From positions 24,305 to 88,304 of the forward strand of contig JAUCBJ010004959.1 in NCBI GenBank assembly GCA_032718475.1: DNA of 64,000 bases, in the 5' to 3' direction. The notes beneath the pieces were generated by a model that made no database searches, was not told the DNA's origin, and worked only from the letters and a program-made list of their open reading frames with translations. This DNA is from Nemertoderma westbladi (Eukaryota; Animalia; Xenacoelomorpha). Every line of letters starts with the position of its first letter. The stretch's first letter is position 1. The translations under genes were made by a program, and so were the position numbers. Positions 12,563 to 25,615 of this stretch are shown in pieces.

Positions 12563-14119
12563 CCCTATTAAACCCGGGGGGGGGGGGGGTCAATATGACC
12601 CCCTCCGTGGTTTTTTTATTATAATTCTGAAACATACGCAGTTGGGAATCTGAAACTTTATGACTTTTCCTAAAAATCTATTGTCTTCATGGTAGTGAAA
12701 ACCATTTTCAAAAATATTCGGTACTTTTCGAGTTATAGCACCATTTTTAAACCCTACTTTTGGCACTTTTTTTGAGACGTTTTTTGAAAATTACATTTCA
12801 TTAAATATGAATTGTAACATCTCTATTTTTGATTTACACCGGTTTTTTGGTCTTAGAAAGTGGATGGAATTCATATAAATTGATTTAGAAATTTCAAACT
12901 TGTTTTTTTCGATGGGTGCCAAATTTTGGTGCCAGCACCAAATTTTGAAATAAGTCAATTTTGTAAATTGATTGTTTGAAACTTGTTTTTTACGCAATTG
13001 GGGTTTTTTGAGGTTCTGGATTCGATGAAATATATACGAGTTGAACCAAGCGTATCAAACTTGTATTTTTCGGTGCTGTGTGCTAATTTTGGTGCTAGCA
13101 CGAAATTTTAAAAATCCATTCAATATATAAAATTGCTTGTGACAATTTATTTCTTGCGTTTTAGAGGTTTATGGCTGTTCTGAATTCAATGGAAAATATA
13201 ATTATCGAACTAGACATCTCAAACTTGTATTTTTCGGATGTGGGTGCAAAATGTGGTGCTAGCACCAAATTTTGAAAACCATCAAATATATCAATTGATT
13301 GTGTCACCTTGTTTCTTGCGTTATACGGGTTTGTGATGGTTCGGAATTCAATGGAATCAGTAAAAATTTCATAAGAGTTCTCAAACTTGTATTTTTCGCC
13401 GGTGGGGTGAAAATTGTTGTGCCAGCACCAAATTTTGGAAAATATGCAAATTGATAAGTAGATAGTATCACCGTGTTTCTTGCGTTATACGGGTTTATGA
13501 GGGTCCTGAATCCGATGGAATCAATAAAAACAGCACTGGACATCGCAAACTTGTACTTTTTGGTGATGGGTACGAAATTTGGTGCTAGCACCAAAATTTG
13601 CTAAATTACGCCGAAAAATACAAGTAGCAATGATCTGGCATATTAGAAATGTATTCCATTAGAATCAGCGCCCTCGAAAACCTGAAAATGTGAATTTATA
13701 GCATCGTATAAGTGAATTAAAAATGTTGTGTTCTAACTGAAAAGTGCTGGTTACTTGTTTTTTTCATTTTTTTCCTACGCAGAGAGGACTAAACAGCCAT
13801 TTATAGTAATCATATCATTTTTAAATATGTTCCAATGTATTTTGCACCCCAAAAAACCTGTATTGAAAAATAATTAGCCGAAAATGTAACTTTCAAATTT
13901 TGTGAAAATTGTGCACTACTTGTAATTTTGGTGCTGCAATATAACCACCCCAGTACATTTTTTCGAAAATTTTTTTTTTCGATCGGATCCAGACAAGTGA
14001 TACCTGCGTACAAACAAAAAATCAGACGTTTTCGTAAATATTTGTAGATTTTAGAGGGGGGGTCAATATGACCCCCTCCCGGTATTTGTACAACATTTTA
14101 TAGCCCGGTACTAATAGGG
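12563..14119. mobile_element. piggyBac-like non-autonomous transposon, copy 1
   Basis: TTAA|CCCTATTA...TAATAGGG|TTAA. Subterminal palindrome GGGGTCAATATGACCCC at both ends. About 5 internal ~162-bp subrepeats. Second copy at 21049-22598. Confidence 0.85.
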
Positions 14120-14489
14120 TTAAGTGGCCTTCCTTATCCTAGTTGGCATCGAGAGTAGGAATTAGGGGCAACTGGTTACAACTTATAACAACCTCCTGAC
14201 TTTTAATAGGAAGTCCGATTTATTACCAATTATCAATTATTTACTTATATTTCAATTAATGCACAGATGGTTCTCATATTTGTCCAACATTCCAGGATGT
14301 TACAAGTACAAGTACATAATGGATATGGGTACCATGGAGATGGGGTGAATTTTTTGTTATATTATTATATATTTTAAAATCATTAATGGAAATTTATAAA
14401 AAGTGATGCATTCGACTTCTTTTAAAGAAAATGATTTGTTGTCTACTGTACTTTAGGTAGGGGTGGCGCTACTCCCATCCCTTGTTTGC

Positions 14490-14570
14490 TCCCAGTAATT
14501 TAACTGGTCCTCATTTTATCGACCCCAGTGGATGAAAGGCTGAGTGGACCCTGGCGGGGTCCACTCAGCT
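14490..14570. mobile_element. SINE-core-like remnant inside an EGF-gene intron
   Basis: CTGGTCCTCATTTTATCGACCCCAGTGGATGAAAGGCTGAGTGGACC resembles a widespread animal SINE central domain (from recall, not searched). Confidence 0.35.
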
Positions 14571-14594
14571 TGAACGCCTGAACATCTGTTTCAG

Positions 14595-14717
14595 ATGACG
14601 ATGAGTGCAGTGATGAAACCCATAATTGTGATATCAACGCTGACTGCAACAATAACGAAGGTGGATTTACTTGCACTTGTCATCCTGGCTATTCTGGAGA
14701 CGGGGCCACTTGCGATG
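14595..14717 (+). CDS. Calcium-binding EGF exon (phase 1-1)
   Basis: TTTCAG|...|GTATGT, 123 nt, encoding DDECSDETHNCDINADCNNNEGGFTCTCHPGYSGDGATCD. Confidence 0.8.
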
Positions 14718-15291
14718 GTATGTGTATAGCAACTTTTGTTTGTATATTTAGCTGTATCATAACTATTTACATACTTAGAGAAGTTGATTGGCTCTTTCTA
14801 CCAGTGAGATAATTAATTGTTTATAATGCTGCAGCAGATTGGTTGTATTAACCTGCTGATGGGTGTGGCACGAACTAATTGGATTTCCACAATCTGCTAC
14901 AATTGGACTTCTGTTAACAATTTCTTTCAGTTTGGAATATGGTCTGACAATGGGATCTTTTCACCCTTCTTTGAAAGAAAATGCATACACTATCATTGGC
15001 TGTGTAAATGGAAGCATTCACAAAGTGTGTGTATCTCCCACAGTGATCCTTTTCTTCAGTGACCCATGTGTAATACCTGTTGGAGACCCCAATATTGAAT
15101 TCTTCCTCCACACTTGGGTTTTTTCTAAGCAGACCAGTTATGACTAGTGGTGGGCTTCTGCAGAGTCTAGTTAAACGGAGACTGACTTTTACTTCTGCAG
15201 ACAGGATGATATTCAGTTTGAAAATGTTATGCTGTTCTATGATTTAATATTAAGTCCAATTCACTACCTATCTTATCAATTGTTTACTTAG

Positions 15292-15411
15292 ATGACGATG
15301 AATGTACTGATGGTTCTCATAACTGCGATTCCAATGCGACTTGCACCAACATTCTGGGAAGTTTCGATTGTAACTGTAATGGGTACCATGGAGAAGGGTT
15401 AATCTGTGATG
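15292..15411 (+). pseudogene. Calcium-binding EGF exon with mutated donor
   Basis: TTAG| then DDECTDGSHNCDSNATCTNILGSFDCNCNGYHGEGLICD, followed by CTAAG where GTAAG is expected. Confidence 0.7.
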
Positions 15412-15556
15412 CTAAGATCGTTATATTTATTTTGTAATTTAAATAAGTTCTGCAATTTTACAAAAGGTGATGTAATCGACATTTTTTTCAGACAAATTGA
15501 TTTTATATTTTCTTCTTATATATAAGAACGAATGTTTTGATATACTTCTGTTTCAG

Positions 15557-15664
15557 ATGATGATGAATGCAGTGATGAAACCCATAATTGTGATATCAAC
15601 GCTGACTGCAACAATAATGAAGGTGGATTTACTTGCACTTGTCATCCTGGCTATTCTTGCGATG
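15557..15664 (+). pseudogene. Calcium-binding EGF exon, duplicate of 14595-14717 with a 15-nt deletion
   Basis: Near-identical to the first exon but lacks GGAGACGGGGCCACT. Bounded TTTCAG|...|GTGTGT. Confidence 0.7.
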
Positions 15665-17439
15665 GTGTGTGTATTGTGTATAGCCGTGTCGGTTTTTCCT
15701 TTGATCACTATTATTTTATTCATAAATTTTGAATAGTGTAAATATTTTGCTTTGCTATAACAATTGACATACTAGTGAAAAGTAGCAGTTAACATTGTCA
15801 TGATCTGAGTGGTTTATTACATGAACGAACATAGTCAGGGAGTCAGATAGTAGTAAGTCACGAGGATTAGTACTTTGCAATACAACAATTATAAAATATT
15901 ATTTAGCTCTATTATAAAATTGTTTGGACTAACGCCTCTCCCCAACAAAATGCGTCACATTCATGTTTACATTTATCAGATAGCGACTTAATTGTGGGTT
16001 CTGTTGTGTGTACTATCTAGGAAGGTATTCCAAACTCAATGATATTTTTGTACTGTCTGAATATGACAATTAGCCTGTCTATGACATTTTGTAGTGCGTG
16101 ATTTGGAATTACTTATATACTGTGCAACTGTTGTTACCGGTTTTCCATGGAGTAGATTTGTGCTATTAGTTATCCGGATTTACATGACTGACTGATGAGG
16201 AATGCGGAAATAATCCATCACTATTCTATGTGAACTACAATGTGGCGTATTCTAATTGACAGTTGTTTGTAGTTAAACATACATTAACTGTGTTTAGCCA
16301 CACCTTTATACCCATTCTAAACTGGTATCATTGTAACTAATTAACTAAATTAACGGTACAAATAATGTAACCCTCTGTAGAACAACATTAAACTGAATGA
16401 ACTTTGGCTGGCTTTGATAAATTATATTTTATTTAATCAGCAACAAATAAAATAAGATTATTAATATCCTCCGTTGTATCTATTGTATATAACCCACACA
16501 TATAAATACATACACTCAATTCTGCTCCATCGTAGTTCCTGTTGCTATAAATCTACTTAATTAATACTTGTTACTTAATAATTGTTTAGTATAATAAAAA
16601 ATAATCCTCTGCACACACAATATACAAATTTTAATTACACCAGCACCCATGCCCCAGGAATTCTCAAGTAAAAATAAAAAATAAAATAAAAGAAGACTAC
16701 CTGTATTATTTGAGCAAAATGGTATATAATTCAATATGCAAACCAGGTGGCTTAGGGTATAGCTAACACAGTACTCGCCTTTATTACTACTCTCGTTGGG
16801 CTCGTCCTCTACATCTGGTCACCAAGTATATAACTTACAACATCCAGTACTGAACAAAATGGTAAATCGTCCAACATGCTAATATGGAAATATAATATAA
16901 TAGGCCTATTTAACACGTCCAATATGGATGAATGATTTAATAATCAAATACTATATAATATATAATAATAATATAAAATATATAAATTTTGGCACTACTC
17001 CAAGTGGGTGGAGAGTTTTATGTAGTGGGCATGTCCAAGGGTAATTGCCACCTGGGAGAGGAGGGAGGGTTCATGACTCGAGGTGGGAGATTACTGTGAC
17101 ATCTAGTGCTATGGGTTGACCCCTTTTCCAGTTTGGGAGGAACACATCAGCAGGGCGAGTGAGAGAGCAATGGATCAGAGGCCATGGAGTTCACTCCTGG
17201 GCACTGGAGTGGCTGATTGAGTAGCTTGGAAGATAGCATCCCAGAATAAGTCATGGTGGGATATCCTGTATCCTTCACCATCACAGCCAATATGGTGGAG
17301 CCTGAATTCCTGGTTTCGGAAGTGTAGGCCCAGGCTCTTAGACTACTACTACTACTAGTACTACTACGATCGGTATGCTTTATTGCAGCTGCATTATATA
17401 TATATTACATATATATTAAGAATGCTGTGCCGGCTTGTC

Positions 17440-18230
17440 ATCAAAATTGTGCCTCCACAACTCCCTATCACCCATAACATTTGCTAGATCATCTGCATCT
17501 TCAAGGCCAGTGTCCTTTGAGATGCGTTTCAAGAAAGTCATGGGCTGTCCACCATGCTTATTCACTCCCAGAGGCCACAATAGCACTTGCTTCATTCACT
17601 GGCTGGTCCTCATGGCTAAAGCAATATCATGCAACGCGGAGGCGGTTCCATTCAAGTGTCAAGCCAGGGAATACTAATGAAATACCTCGAATGTTGTATA
17701 AAGTCTGATTGGAGATCTGTTCATTGTACTTGACACAATGATCCCAGCGCAGCATTCTTGTGAAAGTGCCATCCTGAAATTTGGTATCCTATGCAGTTAG
17801 AGCCCAGCATGGACTCCCATATAAGAGTACAGGTACTACTACTGCCATAAATAATCGAACCTTAAGGTTCCGTTTTATTCTATGGGACTTCCAAATCCTG
17901 GACAGACTAATTAGCAGACCATGCCTTCCCCTTATGTATCCGAAGGTCTTCACCTGACTTTCTGATCCATGATCCCATGTAGCAGAAGCAGAAGTCATCC
18001 ACATGCTCAAGCAAGCCATCCTTAGGGCTTATGCCTTTACTATTAGACATTTCTTGAGGGCTGTCTAGGTTGACTGTCATGATTTTGGTCTTCTTGGAAT
18101 TTACAAAAAGACCAACACTAGAAGCAGCCTGCTCCAATGAGCAGAGAAGCCTTTTGGCTCCCTCTAGTGATTCTGACAGTACCCCTAACAGCAAAGTCTA
18201 GATCAGTAAGGCTTTTAGACGGAATGGCCT
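17440..18230 (-). mobile_element. Degenerate RTE-like non-LTR retrotransposon, RT C-terminal region
   Basis: Broken frames give LTDLDFA, LEQAASSVGLFVNSKKTKIM, LEHVDDF..YMGSWI, KAWSA and LKVRLFMAVVVPVLLYGSPCWAL. Confidence 0.8.
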
Positions 18231-18422
18231 GAAGCCAGTCCCCAGCATGGTGCAAATCCGTGCAGTTGCCATGGGCCTGGTGCAAGATATACACCTGTAC
18301 AGGCTGATCAGTTTTGAGATTGCAGATTCTGGGCTGCCCCAGGGCTGTCATCTCACTACTATAGTATAGTCTTGTAATTCTCATTAGTTACTGTTGTTTA
18401 TTTGAAAGATTATATTCGTAGA

Positions 18423-18995
18423 ATGGAGATTTCATATCGGTGTGTTTTTGTGCTACTTTGTGCTGCTTTGCAATTTACGATATGCACTGCTGTCAGTTGT
18501 GAAACCGGATTGGCGAAGATGTCGGTCAAGGTGGATGACAAAGTCATTGAAGAAGCGATTGGTGATTTATTTCCCGCTCCTCCACCTACAACCACTGAAA
18601 ATGATTGTATTTATTGTCAGGATATTTCTCAGTTATTGGGAGGTACAATGGATCAGGGTGATAAGAAATACAAAATGCTAATTGCTGTCCAGGATCTTAA
18701 GTGCGTAAAAGCAGAGGCCTGTTTGGCTTTTAATCAGGAAGAATGCCCTAGTGTGGTTAGGGAGGAAATGGATGGCGGGAATGAGGAGTTGCACAAAATG
18801 TTTTCATCAATAAATATACAGTGTGAAATTCAGTGTTGCAAGGGGACCTGCCCAGATACGGTGTGGAAGAATAGCCCCATCGGTGTCGGGGGTGAAGTCG
18901 ATTGGACTAACGCTTTGTTCTCGGATGCCCGCCATCAATCAGCTCCAATTGCTATTCTACTTGTTGCTATGGCAGTAGCCGTGCAATTGTTTTAG
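18423..18995 (+). CDS. Secreted, probably GPI-anchored Cys-rich protein (Ly6/uPAR three-finger-like), single exon
   Basis: ATG at 18423, hydrophobic signal peptide, 10 Cys in the mature part ending CEIQCCKGTC, and a hydrophobic C-terminal tail with no cytoplasmic domain. Confidence 0.7.
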   Translation: MEISYRCVFVLLCAALQFTICTAVSCETGLAKMSVKVDDKVIEEAIGDLFPAPPPTTTENDCIYCQDISQLLGGTMDQGDKKYKMLIAVQDLKCVKAEACLAFNQEECPSVVREEMDGGNEELHKMFSSINIQCEIQCCKGTCPDTVWKNSPIGVGGEVDWTNALFSDARHQSAPIAILLVAMAVAVQLF

Positions 18996-19276
18996 GGGAC
19001 TCACATTAGATATTAACAGACACACCTTAATTTCTGTACTAAGATATCTTATTTATCACAATGTGGTAGTTATGTGTAGAGTATTTCATATAAATATTAG
19101 TTAATGATAATTTCAAATACTGCAAATGTATTTATGTCTGATTTCGAAAAGCCTGTTTGGAAAGATTGAGTTGCAGTAGTAGTTGAAATCGATGAATCAT
19201 TGTTTAATTCAGCTAGAAAATCCGTTATTTGAGCAAAAATGACTTTTTAAAGTCTTCACATTATTTACACAGCTAA

Positions 19277-20082
19277 AGGCCCGTTCACATCCAACGGAAC
19301 GGTACACCGCGCGGTGTACCGCGCAGTGTACCGCGCAGGGCCAGCGGTACACCGCGCGGTGTACCGCGCAGGGCCAACGGTACACCGCATGGTGTACCGC
19401 GCAGGGCTAGCGGTACACCGCGTGGTGTACCGCGCAGGGCCAGCGGTACACCGCGGGGTGTACCGCACAGGGCCAGCGGTACACCGCATGGTGTACCGCG
19501 CAGGGCCAACGGTACACCGCGTGGTGTACCGCGCAGGGCCAGCGGTACACCGCGTGGTGTACCGCGCAGGGCCAGCGGTACACCGCGTGGTGTACCGCGC
19601 AGGGCCAACGGTACACCGCGTGGTGTACCGCGCAGGGTCAACGGTACACCGCGTGGTGTACCGCGCAGGGCCAACGGTACACCGCGTGGTGTACCGCGCA
19701 GGGCCAGCGGTACACCGCGTGGTGTACCGCGCAGGGCCAGCGGTACACCGCGTGGTGTACCGCGCAGGGCCAACGGTACACCGCGTGGTGTACCGCGCAG
19801 GGCCAACGGTACACCGCGTGGTGTACCGCGCAGGGCCAGCGGTACACCGCTGACTGTGAACGACCAAACAGGTAGTTGTGCGCTAAACCACGCGGGTTTA
19901 CTGCAGCCCATTTAAACAATGTTAAAACAATTAATGTAATTTCCTGTTGAATTCACAGCCGACAGATAAACAATCAGTTACCGCAACGGTACCGTTAGGT
20001 GTGAACGGGCTCCGGGTAGTAAACCGCTGGCTTACCGCTAGACTACTTTACCGCTCATGAACCATTGGATGTGAACGGGGCT
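19277..20082. mobile_element. PIF/Harbinger-like MITE
   Basis: TIRs AGGCCCGTTCACATCCAACGG and CCATTGGATGTGAACGGGGCT, flanked by TAA/TTA. Exact termini are ambiguous. Confidence 0.7.
19300..19850. repeat. 33-bp tandem array of palindromic units (~16 copies)
   Basis: Unit GCGGTACACCGCGTGGTGTACCGCGCAGGGCCA, containing the 10-bp stem GCGGTACACC/GGTGTACCGC. Confidence 0.95.
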
Positions 20083-21048
20083 TTAGCTAATCAATATCTC
20101 AAAACGTAATTATAATACTTAACATGCATAGTATTAATTGCAGTAAAGCATCAATTAATTATAGTTAAAAATTTCACTGTCATCATTACGCAATTTGTTT
20201 ATTAGTACCTGTGTCTGCCATCATTACTGTACTGGTATTTAATAATTGTTGAAATATTATTATCATAGTAAATTATTTGTGATTTAGCACAATTAATAGA
20301 ATCTAGGAATAAACACATGATTTAATATATATTTCAAAATAATGTTGATTAAAACCTGACAATTGTTTGTCTTATTTAGATGCGAGATCGAATTATTACA
20401 CATAAATTATGAGTTTGATTATAAATATATTAATAACATTTTTACTAATTTTTGTAAATCTTAGAGGTATATGTGCTAGGGAGGTGGGTGTTTACCTTTA
20501 CTTCCCCAACCAGTGTTACAAACAAGCAGTCTGCTACAGAGGCCGTAGCCGATCTAAGGCAGATCGGCTACTCCGTCCATAGCCTATGGGCTCGAAAAAT
20601 AGACATAAACGAAAAACGCTATTGACGCAATGGTAAAATAACACCAATAACAGCTGGTGTCGTGATGAAAAATGGCTTATGTAATGTATTTTTATACAGG
20701 CTTAGGCTTAAGTGTTTTATAGCCAGTGCATATACTAATTCGTTTATTGTTTTGGTTAGATTCCAGCCCTTCTGTAACTTGTGTTATTGGTGAAAACCTG
20801 GTATTCTTCACATGGGTGTAAATGCAAAGTGAAATATAACGGCAGAAAGTCAGGTATTCTTCACGTGGGCCCCATGCCTAATAATAATAAAATTATTAAT
20901 AAAGTTCAAAGGCGCGTGGTCGGAATTGAGTTACTGTGGAAAGACTAAGGTGAAGAAGTGAGTTTTTGCATAGGCGTTTTTGTATAGGCACTATTAAAAG
21001 TTACTGGTGCAGTGTAGGTGAATGCTCGTTGACCGTATGTTTTTAAAA

Positions 21049-22598
21049 CCCTATTAAACCCGGGGGGAGGTCAATATGACCCCCCACCCCATGGTTTTTT
21101 GATTATAATTCTGAAACAAACGCAGTTGGGAATCTGAAATTTTATGACTTTTCCTAAAAATCTATTGTCTTCCTAGTAGTGAAAACCGTTTCCAAAAATA
21201 TTGGGTAGTTTTCGAGTTATAGCACCATTTTTTAACCCTACTTTTGGCACTTTTTTGAGACGTTTTTTGAAAATTTCATTTTATTAAATATGAATTGTTA
21301 CATGTCTATTTTTGATTTACACCGGTTTTTTTGGTGTTAGCAATTGGATGGAATTCATATAAATTGATTTAGAAATTTCAAACATGTTTTTTTCGGCGGG
21401 TACCAAATTTTGGTGCCAGTACCAAATTTTGAAAGATGTCAATTTTGTAAATTGATTGTTTGAAACTTGTGTTTTACGCAATTGGGTTTTTTGGGGTTCT
21501 TGTTTCGATGGAATATATACGAGTTGCACCAAGCGTATCAAACTTGTATTTTTGGTGCTGCGTGCAAATTTTGGTGCTAGCACGAAATTTTGAAAATCCA
21601 TTCAATAGATAAAATTGCTTGTGACAATTTATTTCTTGCGTTTTAGATGTTTATGGCTGTTCTGAATTCAATGCAATATATAATTATCGAACTAGACATA
21701 TCAAACTTGTATTATTCGGAAGTGGGTGCAAAATGTGGTGCTACCAACAAATTTTGAAAACCATCAAATATATCAATTGATTGTGTCATCTTGTTTCTTG
21801 CGTTATACGGGTTTGTTAGGGTTCTGAATTCAATGGAAGCAGTAAAAATTTCATAAGAGTTTTCAAACTTGTATTTTTCGATGGTGAAAATTGTTATGCC
21901 AGCACCAAATTTTAGAAAATAAGCAATTTGATCAGTAGATAGTATCATCTTGTTTCTTGCGTTATACGGGTTTATGAAGGTCCTGAATCCGATGGAATCA
22001 ATAAAAACAGCACTGGACATCGCAAACTTGTACTTTTTGGTGATGGGTACGAAATTTGGTGCTAGCAACAAAATTTGCCAGATGTCGCCGAAAGATACAA
22101 GTAGCAATGAGCTGGCATATTAGAAATGTATTCCATTAGAATCAGCGCCCTAGAAAACCTGAATATGTGAATTTATAGCATCGTATAAGTGAATTAAAAA
22201 TTTTATGTTCTATCTGAAAAGTGCTGGTTACTTATTTTTTTAAGTTTTTTCCTACTCAGAGAGGACTAAACCGTCATTTATTGTAATCATATCATTTTTA
22301 AATATTTTTAAATGTATTTTGCGCCCCAGAAAACCTGTATTGAGAAACAATTAGCCGAAAAGTGTAACTTTCAAATTTTGTGAAAATTGTGCACTACTTG
22401 TTATTTTGGTGCTGCAATAAAACCACCCAGTACATTTTTTCGAAATTTTTTTTTCGGTCGGATCCAGACTAGTGATACCTACGTACAAACAAAAAATCAG
22501 ATGTTTTCGTAAAATTTGTAGATTGGGTGGGTCAATATGACCCCCCCCCCCCCCCCCCCGGTATTTGTACAACATTTTATAGCCCGGTACTAATAGGG
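21049..22598. mobile_element. piggyBac-like non-autonomous transposon, copy 2
   Basis: Colinear with 12563-14119 in the same orientation. CCCTATTA...TAATAGGG|TTAA; the left flank reads TTAAAA. Confidence 0.85.
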
Positions 22599-23029
22599 TT
22601 AAGTTAAATTTGGGTACAATTAGAGTCAATAGTTGTTGTGTGCGGGTTGGGTTATTATTTGGCATCAATATGTCAAGATTGTATTCGGGACTGAGTTTGA
22701 TAATGGCTTTCCATGTGATTGAGCAATCTTGTATTTGATCCTATATCTTACTGGTAACCAGTGTAGTTCTTTAGTGTAGATTTTTAATGATCCTAGCGCA
22801 GTTATCCTGGGCAACTTGTAGAAAAGTATACCCACGTATGCAATAGTAGTAGACTAGTAGTATTATTATATTCGCATTGCATTGTTGTCGAGTTACTTTA
22901 TGAGATAAACAAAACGTTGCAGAATATGGTGCATTTATGAAATAGAACACTGTAAATGGCCTGCAGCAATGGCAGATAGGAGGAACTGGACGTAGATAGG
23001 GGGGGACTGGACGTATTAAAAATTCATCC

Positions 23030-23210
23030 CTCTCCAGGGGAAATTGGACTTCAAATAACAGCGGATTACTCTCAAAAATAAAACTGTATCCTGTTCTATT
23101 GTATTTAGTTTATTGTTTTGGTCGATGGTTAATAACGTGCCATTGTAACATGTTCCTTAGAGAATTTTACATTGAGGCGGGATATTAATTCGCCAAGATG
23201 GGATTTGCGT
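23030..23210 (-). repeat. Dispersed repeat family member (other copies ~47755-47965 and ~55765-55980 on +)
   Basis: Shared motifs GCGAATTAATATC, AACAATAAAC, AATAGAACAGG, AGCTGTTATTTGA and TTTCCCCTG in the same order. Confidence 0.55.
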
Positions 23211-23339
23211 CCGTTTCCCCCATTGTCTCAGCAAAGGACGCAAATACATGCAACATTCGCCACATTGCCTCATATTGTCTCATATTATTAACTCGTGGAT
23301 CAGGTTAGGTACGGTACCAGACCTCTTTGGTAAAACTAT

Positions 23340-24500
23340 TATAACAACACTTCACAAGGGTCGGGATCGCCTCCTCACTTCCTCCTATCGCCTTATCGCA
23401 CTATCTCCACTGTAAGTATCTTTGCGAAAATTGTTGAATCCATTATTCTCAGAGAGGTCCTTAACACGTGTGATCTCATTTCAACTTCCCAGATGGCCTA
23501 ACAATTTAAATTAGGCTCAGATATTTGTCCTATACATTATACAATATTTGAATGTCTTGAGTTTCAACGCTAAAGGGGTCAAACTGTGAATTTTTCAAAC
23601 TGTGAATTCCGATGGTTATGTATATAGTATCAACAACATGTGGCTTGGCGCGATTGCATATGCCGACGACTTACTCATCATAGAGAATTCGCCTTCCAAA
23701 ATAGAACATCAAGTGCAATTGATTACCAGCAAACTCAACATTATTCACATGAGTGTCGAGAGCAGTAAATCCAAGTGGTCTTACATATGGTCACGGCCAC
23801 CGTCCTACATATGGTCACGGTCACCGTCCTACATATGGTCACGGTCACCGTCCTACATATGGTCACGGTCACCGTCCTACATATGGTCACGGCCACCGTC
23901 CTACATATGGTCACGGTCACCGTCCTACATATGGTCACGGTCACCGTCCTACATATGGTCACGGTCACCGTCCTACATATGGTCACGGCCACCGTCCTAC
24001 ATATGGTCACGGTCACCGTCCTACATATGGTCACGGCCACCGTCCTACATATGGTCACGGTCACCGCCCTACATATGGTCACGGTCACCGTCCTACATAT
24101 GGTCACGGTCACCGTCATCATACAGCAAATATACCAACTCTAATAATCATGAACGGCACATTTCACCTTCATTAACCTTTCGCGGTTGTAAAATTAACTC
24201 CCAGTCAAACTATATTGTGGGGGAATTCATTCGAGCAATCATATCCTTATCCGCTACGTTTCAAATTAATAGCTGGACCGGTGGCTCGACATTGGGTCCC
24301 TTCTGTGGAATGCTCTAGCTATCCCCGCTATCACATACAGTAAGAAGTTTTTAATTGGGTCGACATCCCCCACAAAGCTTGATGATGTCGATGTGGTGTT
24401 TAGGAATGCACTTCGTGCTTTACTGAATGAAGGAACAGTAATGATATCACCTACAATCTCCTTCACAGTAAACCTATACCACTGGTAGATAGGAAGGGAA
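23340..24500 (+). mobile_element. Degenerate non-LTR retrotransposon RT fragment
   Basis: LHKG...SSYRLIALS, SIFAKIVESII and GAIAYADDLLII motifs. Boundaries approximate. Confidence 0.65.
23778..24116. repeat. 24-bp tandem array (~14 copies) inside LINE remnant
   Basis: Unit GTCCTACATATGGTCACGG(T/C)CACC. Confidence 0.95.
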
Positions 24501-25439
24501 ACTGGAGGCATATTCTGAATGTATTTTCTGTACCCTTAGAGTGTCGCATTGTTCAAACACCATGCTACAAACCATTTTAAGAATTTCTCTTCAACTTAAC
24601 CCAAACACCAAACCCAGGTACATTGGTCTTGGGAGCACAAGTGCCTCGACGCATAACCGATGTCGCACATCAACTCACTCCTTACATACAATTACACCAA
24701 ACAAAACCTTTTAGGTCGCATGCAACCAGGACCGCTCTCCTCTGGGGAGCTTGTCTTGTCAAATGTTCATTCATATCGAACTGTTTCAACCATCACTTCC
24801 TACATTAAGAGTCCACTAGGATATCGATTGTGCAGTTTTTATTTTATTTTCTTTTTTGTTTTGTTTCTTTTTAAGATATGATTGATTATTCCGAGGGGAT
24901 TGGTAGTTGGATTTAAACCTACTGGATCACACATTGTTGTTTAATTCATTAGGATTAGAGTGTATTATTTTTCGAAACTTTCACAAGTATGCTATTTGGA
25001 TCATTCAATGTTCAGGATTAGGACAATTTTACCAGCAATATATAATTCTATGTCAAACCATTTTACTCCGCAGTTCCTATATAATATTTTACCGTATTGT
25101 AGTGCAGTCAGACTATCTTACTCACGCTGCACTCACACCATGTACTATGGTACGTTGTAACTAATATTATACAAAACGTCATTAATAAATGCCGGCTTGA
25201 CGGGGCGCACCAAGTGAAATGAAATGAAATTAATTATTATCAAATATGAATATACATTTTGACAAGTAAATCTATATAATAATGATATTTTTTATTAAAT
25301 TCTAGCATATTAATTACGCGTAATGAAGAAACAAGATGTAGCATTTTAAAAGCTCAACTAAATATTAATTAATATTCTAGAATAAAGACAAAAAAAGGAC
25401 TATTATTCAATAAAAAAAAGTAAGCGGAAAACAGAGTTT

Positions 25440-25615
25440 TTTTTCACTCACTTCAATTTAGCGAAATTCAACTATTCTGTCTGAGTGGTTGAGTTTTACA
25501 AGAGTTAGCAGGTTTTTAGCACAAGCGAAGCGAGTGTTAAAATACCAACGAGTGGAAATTCAACACACAAGGGCAGAATATCTGAATTTCGCTAAAGAAA
25601 ATAAGTGGAAAATAG
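25440..25615. mobile_element. Palindromic MITE-like remnant
   Basis: TTTAGCGAAATTCA...TATTCTG and CAGAATATCTGAATTTCGCTAAA form inverted arms around GCGAAGCGAGTG. Confidence 0.45.

Noticed and set aside
19300-19850. CRISPR array (33-bp palindromic repeats)
   Set aside because: Units are head-to-tail with no unique spacers, there are no cas genes, the context is eukaryotic, and the array sits inside a MITE.
23602-24318. Repeat-protein genes (SYIWSRSP / YGHGHRPT ORFs) or CRISPR
   Set aside because: A stop-free 24-bp minisatellite inside a dead LINE opens several frames; no spacers.
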